Shown one piece after another: positions 27,920-36,836 of a DNA stretch of 64,000 bases. Source of the stretch: Gemmatimonadota bacterium (GTDB lineage Bacteria > Gemmatimonadota > Gemmatimonadetes > Gemmatimonadales > GWC2-71-9); NCBI GenBank assembly GCA_022562295.1, contig JADFPO010000005.1, positions 9,753 to 73,752 on the forward strand. The letters run 5' to 3'. The position numbers and the translations under genes are program-made. Numbering within the stretch: the stretch's first letter is position 1; each line of letters begins with the position of its first letter. Under the pieces are notes generated by a model. It made no database searches, was not told the origin of the DNA, and saw nothing but the letters and a program-made list of their open reading frames with translations.

Positions 27920-29218
27920 CTATGGCCGGATCCGATGCATTTGACGTGGAAAGGCGATCGTTTCCCGCACGTGCGGTACGCCGCAGATCCACGCCACGAC
28001 ACGCTCAACACCCATCCCAAACCCCGAATGCACGAAGGTACCGTACTTCCGGAGGTCCAGGTACCAGTCGTACGCGTCTTCCGGGAGATTTTCCTCTCGA
28101 ATCCGTGACAACAAGATATCGTGGTCGTCTTCACGTTGGCTGCCACCGATGATCTCGCCGTAACCCTCAGGGGCGAGACAGTCGTTACTCAAGACTGTGC
28201 GCGGGTCATCCGGGTTCCGCTTCATGTAGAAGGCCTTGGCCTCCTTCGGGTAGTTGAACACGAAGACCGGTTTGTCGGACCACGTGGCAACCTTCGTCTC
28301 GTCCTCGGCGCCCAAGTCCTTCCCCCACTCGATGCTTCGTCCTTCGTCCTGGAGTCTCGCGATGGCGTCAGTGTACGAAACTCGTGGGAACGGTGGCTCC
28401 ACTGGAACAAGACGTGAGGTGTCGCGCTCCAGAACTTCCAGTTCGGTTTTGCGACGTTCGAGACACCGCTGCACCACATAGGAAACGAAGTCTTCCTGCA
28501 GCCGCATGTTATCGTCCGAGTCGTACCAGGCAACCTCCGGCTCCACCATCCAGAACTCAGCTAAATGGCGGCGCGTTTTGGATTTCTCCGCACGGAACGT
28601 CGGACCGAAGCAATAGACCATGCCTAGCGAGGCGGCGGCAGCTTCCAGATAGAGTTGGCCGGTTTGTGCCAGGTACGCCTTGCCGAGATCGAAATACTCC
28701 GTCTCGAACAGCGTGCCGGCTTCCTCACCGATGGCCGCGGTCAGCAGCGGCGTGTCCACCAGACAAAAATCCCGCTCGTAGAAGAAATCGCGAATGGACT
28801 GCACGACCTCGTGACGCACCTTCATGATGGCTTCCTGCCGCTTGCTGCGGAGCCACAGGTGGCGGTGCTCGAACAGGAAGGAGGTACTGTGCTCTTTCGG
28901 CGTGATCGGGAAGTCCACGCTCAACCCCAAGATCGTCAGCTCAGTGAGCCCCAGCTCGACACCGCCTGGCGACCGGGCGTCTTCCCTCACCCCACCCGTC
29001 ACCTTGACCGACGTCTCGTGTGTGAGGGCCTTTACCGCCTCCCACACCGATTCGCCGACCTCGTTCTTGGAGACGACGCACTGCAAATTGCCGGTACCGT
29101 CGCGCAGCACCACGAACGCAATCTTGCCGCTGGAGCGGGCTGTGCAGACCCAGCCGCGGAGCGAGACCGTTTGACCGACGCGGTTGCGAAGATCCTTGAT
29201 GCGAATTACGTCACTCAT
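27920..29218 (-). CDS. asnS: Asparagine--tRNA ligase
   Basis: 432 aa. An N-terminal OB fold (VSLRGWVCTARSSGKIAFVVLRDGTG) is followed by the class II motif FRAEKSKTRRHLAEFWMVEPE. Confidence 0.9.
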   Translation of the reverse strand: MSDVIRIKDLRNRVGQTVSLRGWVCTARSSGKIAFVVLRDGTGNLQCVVSKNEVGESVWEAVKALTHETSVKVTGGVREDARSPGGVELGLTELTILGLSVDFPITPKEHSTSFLFEHRHLWLRSKRQEAIMKVRHEVVQSIRDFFYERDFCLVDTPLLTAAIGEEAGTLFETEYFDLGKAYLAQTGQLYLEAAAASLGMVYCFGPTFRAEKSKTRRHLAEFWMVEPEVAWYDSDDNMRLQEDFVSYVVQRCLERRKTELEVLERDTSRLVPVEPPFPRVSYTDAIARLQDEGRSIEWGKDLGAEDETKVATWSDKPVFVFNYPKEAKAFYMKRNPDDPRTVLSNDCLAPEGYGEIIGGSQREDDHDILLSRIREENLPEDAYDWYLDLRKYGTFVHSGFGMGVERVVAWICGVPHVRETIAFPRQMHRIRP

Positions 29219-29354
29219 AGGGCGGGTATGCTACGCAAGCGACTACTCAAATGGAAGGGCGTATCGTCACCCCGGCGGTTATCTTGTTGGCAAGACAGAA
29301 GACACAGAGAAGGCACGGACAATACGGAGTTTTCGTTGCTTACCGAGGGACCAT

Positions 29355-29693
29355 ATGACCAACAACTTGGCATCTAGAGACTGCATTCCCTGCAAGGGCG
29401 GCGTGCCACCACTCGAGGCAGAATCCATTCAGAACTTGCTTACCCAACTGGGCAATGGCTGGCATGCGATCGACGACCATCATTTGCACAAGGAATTCAG
29501 ATTAAAGGATTTCGTCGAGGCGTTGGCATTCACGAACCGCGTCGGTGTGATTGCTGAAGAGCAGAACCACCACCCGGACATCTACTTGGCGTGGGGCAAG
29601 GTGGGGATCACCATCTGGACGCACAAGATCGACGGCCTGACGGAAAGCGACTTCGTATTCGCCGCGAAGTGTGGCGAGGTGTTTGGAAGTTAG
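29355..29693 (+). CDS. phhB: 4a-hydroxytetrahydrobiopterin (pterin-4-alpha-carbinolamine) dehydratase
   Basis: ORF 29184..29693. The internal ATG at 29355 gives MTNNLASRDCIPCKGGVPPL...FVEALAFTNRVGVIAEEQNHHPDIYLAWGKVGITIWTHKIDGLTESDF, the PCD/DCoH signature. GC is visibly lower than in the neighbours. Confidence 0.85.
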   Translation: MTNNLASRDCIPCKGGVPPLEAESIQNLLTQLGNGWHAIDDHHLHKEFRLKDFVEALAFTNRVGVIAEEQNHHPDIYLAWGKVGITIWTHKIDGLTESDFVFAAKCGEVFGS

Positions 29694-29735
29694 GGGTTCT
29701 CCAACTGCGAATCGCCTACCTGCAGTCGCCAGTCA

Positions 29736-29759
29736 ATCGTTTTCTCCACGATCGTTTTC
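29736..29759. repeat. Direct repeat ATCGTTTTC-N6-ATCGTTTTC
   Basis: Read directly at 29736-29744 and 29751-29759, in the convergent spacer between phhB and the dehydrogenase gene. Function unknown. Confidence 0.9.
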
Positions 29760-29760
29760 G

Positions 29761-31254
29761 TCACTCCCGGAACGTCTTCGACCGTTCGGGAGTGGGCTGA
29801 CCCTTGGCCGGGACGATCTTGTAAACGTTCCCTTCAAACGTGGCGACATATAGCTCGCCGGCCCCGTCTTCACCTAGCGACGTGGTCAGCTCGTCGAGCA
29901 ACTCGACGTCGTAAGACCAGTCGCGGAGGTCTACGACGCTTCCGCTCTCATAGCGAAAACTCCTCAACCACGGAGAGCAGAAGTCACCATACACGTACTG
30001 ACCCGTCAGGGCCGGAATAGCCGTTCCCCGATAGACATGACCGCCGATCACCGCGCATCCTTCGCTGCGGGAATATTCCACCGTGGGCAACACGATTCCC
30101 GTTTGGTCGCAGTTCGTGTCCTCGACACACTTGGTACCCTCCATGATGCTCCATCCGTAATTGTTGCCCCCGACACTTTCCGCTGGTTCAACGTTGATCT
30201 CTTCCCACGACGCGTCACCCACGTCTGCGATGTAGAGATCACCCGTGGCGCCGTCGAAGGAGAACCGCCAGGGATTGCGCAGCCCGTAAGCCCAGATCTC
30301 GGGACGGGCCGGCGTGTCGGTCGCGCCAACGAAGGGGTTGTCGGCAGGGACTTCGTACGGGAATCGGCCGTCGACGTCGATCCGCAAGATCGTACCCAGC
30401 AGTGTTCCGAGGTTCTGGCCATTTTCGAACGGATCCCCTCCCGATCCGCCGTCGCCGGAACCGATGTACAGCATGCCGTCGGGGCTGAACCGCAACAGTC
30501 CCACATTGTGCCAAACGAAGGGTTGTTCAACCACAAGAATGGTGGTGGAGGATGTTGCGTCGGCGATGTCCGGATCCGCTGAAACTCGATATCTGGCAAC
30601 CACAGAATTCCCCACCAACACGCCATCCGTTGGATCAACCACCGCACCACTCTTCCCGGTATACGATACGTAGAAAAATCCGTTCGTCGCATAGTTCGGA
30701 TGGAAGGCAATGCTGAGCAAACCCTGTTCTCCGCCCCGCTCGGACACAAGATCCGAAATGTCCAGAAAGGGATTGGCTAGCAGCGTTCCATTACGAATCA
30801 CACGAATGGTTCCACCCCGCTCTACCACAAACAACCGGTTCGCATCATCGGGAGGAGCTGTTACCTGAGTGAGCGGGCCCAGTCCGGTAACCAGGAGCCT
30901 GAGTCCCAGCACTCCGACTGGCGTCACCGACATTTCCGCTGTACCGGTCCGCCCCGCGACGGACGCCGTAACGGTAGCACTCCCAAGAGCGCGTCCAGTA
31001 ACCCTCCCGAGGGAATCAACAGTCACTATGGCATCGTCGGAGGATCGCCACTTGTAAGTGACGTCGAGAATTTCGTTCCCGTCGAAATCGATTGAGGTGG
31101 CCAGGACTTGGGTTGCGCGCCCCAGCGCGATCGGGGCTGGTGACACCACAATGGTATCGATTTCAAGGGTCAACGGACCAGCAGGATTGCCCGCACACGC
31201 GTTATGCGAAAGTTGGACGAATGCCAACATACAACTGGTACAAATCCGTGTCAT
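29761..31254 (-). CDS. Secreted PQQ-dependent sugar (glucose/sorbosone) dehydrogenase-like beta-propeller with N-terminal Big_2 domain
   Basis: 497 aa. A Big_2-like segment (WRSSDDAIVTVDSLGRVTGRALGSATVTASV) is followed by LFVVERGGTIRVIRNG...GEQGLLSIAFHPNY..NGFFYVSY, typical of soluble GDH/HHIP-like propellers. Confidence 0.7.
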   Translation of the reverse strand: MTRICTSCMLAFVQLSHNACAGNPAGPLTLEIDTIVVSPAPIALGRATQVLATSIDFDGNEILDVTYKWRSSDDAIVTVDSLGRVTGRALGSATVTASVAGRTGTAEMSVTPVGVLGLRLLVTGLGPLTQVTAPPDDANRLFVVERGGTIRVIRNGTLLANPFLDISDLVSERGGEQGLLSIAFHPNYATNGFFYVSYTGKSGAVVDPTDGVLVGNSVVARYRVSADPDIADATSSTTILVVEQPFVWHNVGLLRFSPDGMLYIGSGDGGSGGDPFENGQNLGTLLGTILRIDVDGRFPYEVPADNPFVGATDTPARPEIWAYGLRNPWRFSFDGATGDLYIADVGDASWEEINVEPAESVGGNNYGWSIMEGTKCVEDTNCDQTGIVLPTVEYSRSEGCAVIGGHVYRGTAIPALTGQYVYGDFCSPWLRSFRYESGSVVDLRDWSYDVELLDELTTSLGEDGAGELYVATFEGNVYKIVPAKGQPTPERSKTFRE

Positions 31255-31300
31255 TGGAAGTCCGGTCGAGTAGGAGACAGATGGAAGCCGGCAGCTCTCC

Positions 31301-33352
31301 TCACATCACCGGCCGATCCTTCGGCTCCAACTTCACCGACCACAAACCGCTGCTGATGTCGGAGAAGAACACATGGCCCTTGTACGGCATCACGCTCCAC
31401 GCCGCCGGCGCGTTGTGAATCCAGCCCACGGGATCCATCGCCTTGTGGACCGCGATCTCTCGGCCTTGCGTGTAGAGATTCCCCATCAATTCACCGGACA
31501 CGTCCACCAATCGCACTCCCCCCTCGTAATACGCCTGATAGAGGATATCGTCCTCCACCCAGATGTTGTGCGTGCCGTACTCGGTGACTTCGTAGCGGGC
31601 CACCATCTCCGGATTCTCCGGATCGGTTAGATCGATGACCTGGATATAGCCAGACGTGACGCGGGGATATCCACCACGGCCGGTCTCGGGATCGTACGCC
31701 ATCCTCACGTCTGGGCCGCTGCCCTGCCACGCCAGTCCACGGCGATTGGTGATCTCGTCGCCGGCAAAGAGATAGAACTTGCCCGTCGATTGAGATACGT
31801 AGGGGAACACCGCGTGTGTCCGACCGCTCGGCAGCGGATAGGCGTTGATCAACACGGGGTTCTCGATGGATCCACCCCATCGGCCGTTGCCGACATCGAC
31901 CATCACGACACCGGTTTCCCACTCCGCAGAGTAAGCGATGCCATCGTGCACCCACAGGTCGTGGATACGGCTGTTGGGATGGTTGTACTCGCTCACGTAG
32001 GTGGGGTTCTCGATGTCGCGCATGTCGAGGATGACGTATTTGTCACCGCCCGAAAGCGCAAACAAGTAGTCGTTGGTGGCAAAGACGTTGTGTACGCCGC
32101 CGGTGAGTCCCTCGTCGTAGATGGACGCGATCGTCGGGTGGGCGGGGTTTGCCATGTCCAGAATGACGACGCCGTTCCGCCGGTTGGATGCCCCCTCACG
32201 TGAAATAACCGCATAGCGCGCGTCGGGCGATACTTTGATGTCGTTGACCGATCGGGCGTCGACCTGGATGGAATCGGTCTTGAAGATGTTGCTCGGATCG
32301 GTCACGTCCCATATGAACGCGTGGCTCTGGGCCTGGCGGGCGCCAGTCATAGCGTAATCCCGCCCGTCGAGCCCCTCGAACACCCAGAAATCGCTCGTGT
32401 AGTGCGTGTTCTGGCTCCCATGGCCCACCACCGTGAGATTCCGAACCACTTCCCGCTCCACCACCGTGAAGCGCCGGCGGGCCGTGAGCGGCCCTGCCGA
32501 GGCGATAGCCGTGTACACACCCGGCACGTCCGCCACCACCTTTCCGCCGTTGATCTGGCCCGGCCCACTCGGCGCGACGACACCCTCAGCGGGTTTGTAT
32601 GACAGCGACCATTCGACGGCGAGATCGTCGATCACGCGGCCGCTGCCGTCGCGAGCCACGGCCGTGAACGTCTGCACGTCGCCTTGGCGAACTTCGTCTT
32701 CGCCACCGAGGACTTCCAGCTGGGCCGCCGGAAACGGCGCGACGTTATATGTGATGCGAGCCGTCACTCCTTCGAAGGTCGCCGAAATCGTCACTTCGCC
32801 GGTACCGTTGGCCCGCACATACCCGTACCGATCCGCCGATGCAACGTTCGGGTCGGAACTCTCCCACAAGAACTCGGCACCCGGACGCACCGATCCATCG
32901 CCGTGTCGTCCCGTGCCTCGGTGTATCAGGGCCGTGCCGTCGTACAAAGTTCCCGGCTCGGCCTCGATCTCGACCCGAACGACCGCCGGCCACTCGACGG
33001 TAACCGGTATCTGCACTGCGGGCGGCTCGCGGCCGGCGTCGGGCGGTAGCACCACCGTCGCGAAGATCGTGTACTCCCCCGCCGCAATACCACGAACCTC
33101 ACCGTTCTCGATGGCCAAACCTCGGAACCGCCCGCCGATTCGGATGGGGACGTCCACCGCGTTCCCCGCCGCGTCGTAGGCGGCGATCGACAGGCGCGCC
33201 CGCTCACCCTGCGTCACCACGATCGTCCTGGGTGTCGCTTCCAAACGCGTCACGCGGAGCGCTCGTTGCAACGCGTCCTGAGCCACCGCGGACGGCACGG
33301 AAAAACCGGTGACAAGTAGAGCACCGAGTAGCATACGGGCGAATTTTGACAT
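31301..33352 (-). CDS. Secreted LVIVD-repeat beta-propeller protein with N-terminal Big_2 domains
   Basis: ORF 31301..33394. The ATG at 33350-33352 gives the signal peptide MSKFARMLLGALLVTGFSVPSAVAQ. Big_2-like repeats follow (WESSDPNVASADRYGYVRANGTGEVTISATF). Then come repeated ...VILDM.DP..P / VVMVDV... motifs of the LVIVD type. Confidence 0.65.
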   Translation of the reverse strand: MSKFARMLLGALLVTGFSVPSAVAQDALQRALRVTRLEATPRTIVVTQGERARLSIAAYDAAGNAVDVPIRIGGRFRGLAIENGEVRGIAAGEYTIFATVVLPPDAGREPPAVQIPVTVEWPAVVRVEIEAEPGTLYDGTALIHRGTGRHGDGSVRPGAEFLWESSDPNVASADRYGYVRANGTGEVTISATFEGVTARITYNVAPFPAAQLEVLGGEDEVRQGDVQTFTAVARDGSGRVIDDLAVEWSLSYKPAEGVVAPSGPGQINGGKVVADVPGVYTAIASAGPLTARRRFTVVEREVVRNLTVVGHGSQNTHYTSDFWVFEGLDGRDYAMTGARQAQSHAFIWDVTDPSNIFKTDSIQVDARSVNDIKVSPDARYAVISREGASNRRNGVVILDMANPAHPTIASIYDEGLTGGVHNVFATNDYLFALSGGDKYVILDMRDIENPTYVSEYNHPNSRIHDLWVHDGIAYSAEWETGVVMVDVGNGRWGGSIENPVLINAYPLPSGRTHAVFPYVSQSTGKFYLFAGDEITNRRGLAWQGSGPDVRMAYDPETGRGGYPRVTSGYIQVIDLTDPENPEMVARYEVTEYGTHNIWVEDDILYQAYYEGGVRLVDVSGELMGNLYTQGREIAVHKAMDPVGWIHNAPAAWSVMPYKGHVFFSDISSGLWSVKLEPKDRPVM

Positions 33353-33529
33353 GATGCAAAGCTCCGAAGATCTAGCGGAAATAAGGATCGTCAACTCCCG
33401 AATATCGGGTTTCGAGCCTGCAAAGGGAAGTTCAGTATGTGTCGCCTGTGCCGTCTCTGTGCACTATTATTATCTATTTTAGAGCATCAGACCTGGGGAA
33501 TCGTTACCGGAAGCCGGGGTTCCAAAGCC

Positions 33530-33814
33530 ATGCACCACTCGACTCGAACCGACATCTACCGCTACGGAGACACGCGCGTCGACGTGAAATTGCCCCCGCG
33601 GGCTTGGTTTGCTCGGGTCAGGCTGTGGAGCGGAGGTCGCTGGCCACACGTCGAGAAGACATGGTACGCGGGCGCCCACCGCTGGGTCCCGTGGTTCTCT
33701 TTGGAGCGACAGGCAGTGAGGGCGGTAGAGCACGCCAACCGACGGTGTCACACCTTTCTTTCGCGGAAGGAAGTGAGGCGGCAAGTGAGAGCAGCGCTGC
33801 AAATGCTGAAGTAG
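33530..33814 (+). CDS. Hypothetical small Trp/Arg-rich protein (94 aa)
   Basis: Part of ORF 33437..33814, taken from the internal Met (MHHSTRTDIYRYGD...). It follows an AT-rich divergent spacer. I recognise no family, and competing ORFs exist in other frames. Confidence 0.3.
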   Translation: MHHSTRTDIYRYGDTRVDVKLPPRAWFARVRLWSGGRWPHVEKTWYAGAHRWVPWFSLERQAVRAVEHANRRCHTFLSRKEVRRQVRAALQMLK

Positions 33815-33817
33815 GGC

Positions 33818-33843
33818 CAGCTATCAGCTATCAGCTATCAGCT
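33818..33843 (-). repeat. Tandem heptamer array (CAGCTAT) x3 plus a partial unit; minus strand reads (GATAGCT)n
   Basis: Read directly: CAGCTAT CAGCTAT CAGCTAT CAGCT. On the minus strand this is TGATAGC repeated, giving TGA and TAG stops in all three frames. It lies 10 nt downstream of the recG stop. Confidence 0.95.
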
Positions 33844-33852
33844 CACGACTCA

Positions 33853-35925
33853 CTACCCAACCCGAAACAGCTCCATCCCACGCTCGTACCGTTGTTGCAG
33901 GCGTGTGCGCAACGCTGAGTTCTTCTTCTGATCGAGCAGCGGATCCAGTCGGATAATCTCGAGGGCCGCCTTGCGTGACGCGATGATGAGATCCTCGTCC
34001 TTGGTGAAATCCGTGAAGCTCACCGCCATGCCGCCCGATTGGCGGGCGCCGGCGAGCTGTCCCATCCCCCGTTCCTGCAGATCCAACTCGGCGATGCGGA
34101 AACCATCGTTCGTCTGGGCAAAGTTCCGTAGCCGATCTCGCGCCCCAGCGTCGGCCACGAGTATGCAGTAGCTCTCGGCCGTACCGCGACCCACGCGTCC
34201 GCGCAGCTGATGGAGCTGCGCCAAACCGAAGCGCTCAGGATGCTCGATGACCATGACGGTCGCGTTGGGCACGTCGATCCCGACCTCGATTACCGACGTA
34301 GCAACGAGCACCGGAATCTCACCGTCACGAAATGCTCGCATGGTCGCCTCGCGCTCCTCGGCTTTCATCCGGCCGTGCACCAGACCGATCTGGAGCGGGC
34401 TCAAATCCTCACGCAGCCGCTCCGCCATTGTCGTGGCGGCCTTGAGATCGACCTTCTCCGATTCTTCGATCACCGGATAGACGACGTACACCTGCCGTCC
34501 GGCAGCGCACTGTTCGGAAACAAACGCATAAATGGCGCTGCGATTCTTACTGCTGCGGATGGACGTGCGCACTGCCTGCCGGCCCGCCGGTTTCTCTTTG
34601 ATGACAGAGACATCGAGGTCGCCATACAACGTGAGCGCCAGCGTCCTCGGAATTGGCGTCGCCGACAGCAACAAGACGTCGGGCGCCTCTCCCTTCTCGA
34701 TCAACGCAGCCCGCTGTTCGACGCCAAAGCGATGCTGTTCGTCGACTACGACGAATCCCAACAGGTGGAACCGTGTCTTTTCCTGAAACAAGGCGTGCGT
34801 CCCCACGACGATGCGGGACACGCCGGTGGCAATCCGATCCCGAATGGCCGCCTTTTCGGATGCCGAGAGGCGACCGATGAGCAGTTCGGGCACGATGCCG
34901 AGCGGTGCAAGGAATCGCGTCAACGTCGCGGCATGCTGCTCGGCGAGCAACTCAGTGGGCGCCATGAACACGGCTTGGCTGTCGTTCTCCATTGCGAGAA
35001 GCATCGCAAAGAGCGCCACGACGGTCTTGCCTGAACCAACGTCGCCCATGAGGAGGCGGTGCATGCGGTGAGGCGCCGTCATGTCAGCTGTTATCTCGCG
35101 GATCGCGCGCCGCTGGTCGCCGGTCAGCTCGAAGGGCAACGCCTCCTTGAGCTGGGTGGTGAGTTGTTTCTTGATCTCGTGCTGAATGCCCTTGACGGCG
35201 TATTTCGCCAGGTGTCGGGCCCGGACAACTACGAGCTGCATGTCGAACAGCTCGTCAAATGCGAGCCGGCGGCGGCCCTGTTCGGCCTGGCTGGTGGTTG
35301 CGGGACGGTGCACGGCAAGCAAGGCATCGCGCAACGACGGCAGGTTCAACTCCTTGGGAACACTCGTCAGCACGACATCGTCCACCAACGCTACGAATTC
35401 CTCGAGATGATTCTTGATGAGCCGACGGATTTGTCGGTGGGAAAGCCCCTCCGTGGCCGGATAGACCGGCAGCACCAATCCCTTGTCGGTGTCCTCGTCA
35501 TCCGCGTCATCCGGGCCCGCGAGAATGACTTGTTCGCGCGGAACCATCTGGCGTCCGTGGTAGTGCTTGATCGGCCCGGACACCAACAGAAGTTGACCTT
35601 CTTTGATCGACCGATCGAGGAATGTCTGACCTGGCCACGCGCACTCGATGAGCCCGGATGCGTCGCGAATGACCGCCCGAAAAATGCGCAACCGACGGCG
35701 TGTGGGCAAAACACCGGTCGATACCACCCGTCCGACCAACGTGACTTCTGTGCCTACGTCAGCTCGGGCGATCGGTGTGACCGTCGTCGCATCGAGATAG
35801 CGGTGGGGAATATGGTAGAGGAGGTTCTCGACCGTGTGGATCCCGAGTCGTGCAAACGTCTCAGCTCGGTGCGGGCCCACCCCCCTGAGATACTGAACCG
35901 ATGTATCCAGTCGGAGCGGCATCAA
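33853..35925 (-). CDS. recG: ATP-dependent DNA helicase RecG
   Basis: 690 aa. It has a wedge domain and the helicase motifs GDVGSGKT, DEQHRFG and ...QLRGRVGRG. Confidence 0.9.
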   Translation of the reverse strand: MMPLRLDTSVQYLRGVGPHRAETFARLGIHTVENLLYHIPHRYLDATTVTPIARADVGTEVTLVGRVVSTGVLPTRRRLRIFRAVIRDASGLIECAWPGQTFLDRSIKEGQLLLVSGPIKHYHGRQMVPREQVILAGPDDADDEDTDKGLVLPVYPATEGLSHRQIRRLIKNHLEEFVALVDDVVLTSVPKELNLPSLRDALLAVHRPATTSQAEQGRRRLAFDELFDMQLVVVRARHLAKYAVKGIQHEIKKQLTTQLKEALPFELTGDQRRAIREITADMTAPHRMHRLLMGDVGSGKTVVALFAMLLAMENDSQAVFMAPTELLAEQHAATLTRFLAPLGIVPELLIGRLSASEKAAIRDRIATGVSRIVVGTHALFQEKTRFHLLGFVVVDEQHRFGVEQRAALIEKGEAPDVLLLSATPIPRTLALTLYGDLDVSVIKEKPAGRQAVRTSIRSSKNRSAIYAFVSEQCAAGRQVYVVYPVIEESEKVDLKAATTMAERLREDLSPLQIGLVHGRMKAEEREATMRAFRDGEIPVLVATSVIEVGIDVPNATVMVIEHPERFGLAQLHQLRGRVGRGTAESYCILVADAGARDRLRNFAQTNDGFRIAELDLQERGMGQLAGARQSGGMAVSFTDFTKDEDLIIASRKAALEIIRLDPLLDQKKNSALRTRLQQRYERGMELFRVG

Positions 35926-36833
35926 TCTCCCAAGAGGCGTTCCGCAAACCGCCGAGGATCGAAACGTTCGAGGTCCTCCACTGCTTCGCCGACCCCGAGG
36001 AACCGCACCGGCGTTCCGATCTCCCGGTGAAGCCCGACCACCGCGCCACCCTTGGCCGTGCCATCCAGTTTGGTCACGATCAGACCGGTCAACGCGACGG
36101 AGCCTGAGAAAACCTTGCCTTGCTGCAAGGCGTTTTGCCCCACGGTACCGTCCAAAATCAAGAAGCTCTCGTGTGGCGCGCCCTCGCGGCGCCTGCCGAT
36201 CACGCGAGCCAGCTTGCTCAGCTCGGCCATAAGGTCGTCTTCCGTGTGCAGTCGACCGGCGGTATCAACGATCACCACGTCGATGCCACGCGCCGTGGCG
36301 GCCTCGACGGCATCGTAGGCAACCGCGGCCGGATCGCCACCGGGCACACCGGTTACCACCGGAACGCCGAGTCGATCGGCCCACACTGTCAGTTGTTCAG
36401 AACCCGCTGCACGAAACGTATCCGTCGCGGCCAGCAACACGGTCTTCCCACGCGTCACCATCCGATGCGCCAGCTTCGCCACTTGCGTTGTCTTCCCTAC
36501 CCCATTGACTCCCACCACGAGGATGACAGCAGGTCCGGTCCCGTCCCCGAAATTGAACTCGTCCGCGGCCCGCCCATCCGCCCATCCGCCCATCTGCCCA
36601 TCAAACATCCCCGCTATGTCATCGAGCAGCCATTCGCGAAACACCGCCTCCGTCTTGAGTTGGCCGCGCGTCATCTTGTCCCGCAACCGTTCGACCAGCT
36701 CGAAGGTGGCCGGGCCAAAGTCCGCTTCCAGCAGCACCCTCTCGACTTCCTCCAGCATCCCGTCGTCGATCCCCTTGACCAGCACGGCCACATCGGTCAG
36801 AGCGACACGCTTGATGCGACTCCACAGTCCCAT
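35922..36833 (-). CDS. ftsY: Signal recognition particle receptor FtsY (short form)
   Basis: 303 aa. NG domain with GVNGVGKTTQVAKLA, DTAGRLH and TKLDGTAKGG. Confidence 0.9.
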   Translation of the reverse strand: MGLWSRIKRVALTDVAVLVKGIDDGMLEEVERVLLEADFGPATFELVERLRDKMTRGQLKTEAVFREWLLDDIAGMFDGQMGGWADGRAADEFNFGDGTGPAVILVVGVNGVGKTTQVAKLAHRMVTRGKTVLLAATDTFRAAGSEQLTVWADRLGVPVVTGVPGGDPAAVAYDAVEAATARGIDVVIVDTAGRLHTEDDLMAELSKLARVIGRRREGAPHESFLILDGTVGQNALQQGKVFSGSVALTGLIVTKLDGTAKGGAVVGLHREIGTPVRFLGVGEAVEDLERFDPRRFAERLLGD

Positions 36834-36836
36834 GTC

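Noticed and set aside
33437-33529. N-terminal extension (MCRLCRLCALLLSILEHQ...) of the small plus-strand ORF
   Set aside because: This part runs through the AT-rich divergent promoter-like spacer. If the ORF is real at all, the internal Met at 33530 is more plausible.
27844-33843. Heptamer arrays considered as CRISPR or minisatellite-encoded peptide repeats
   Set aside because: The units are 7 nt with no spacers, so they are not CRISPR. Only the first array touches a coding region, and only its last five codons.
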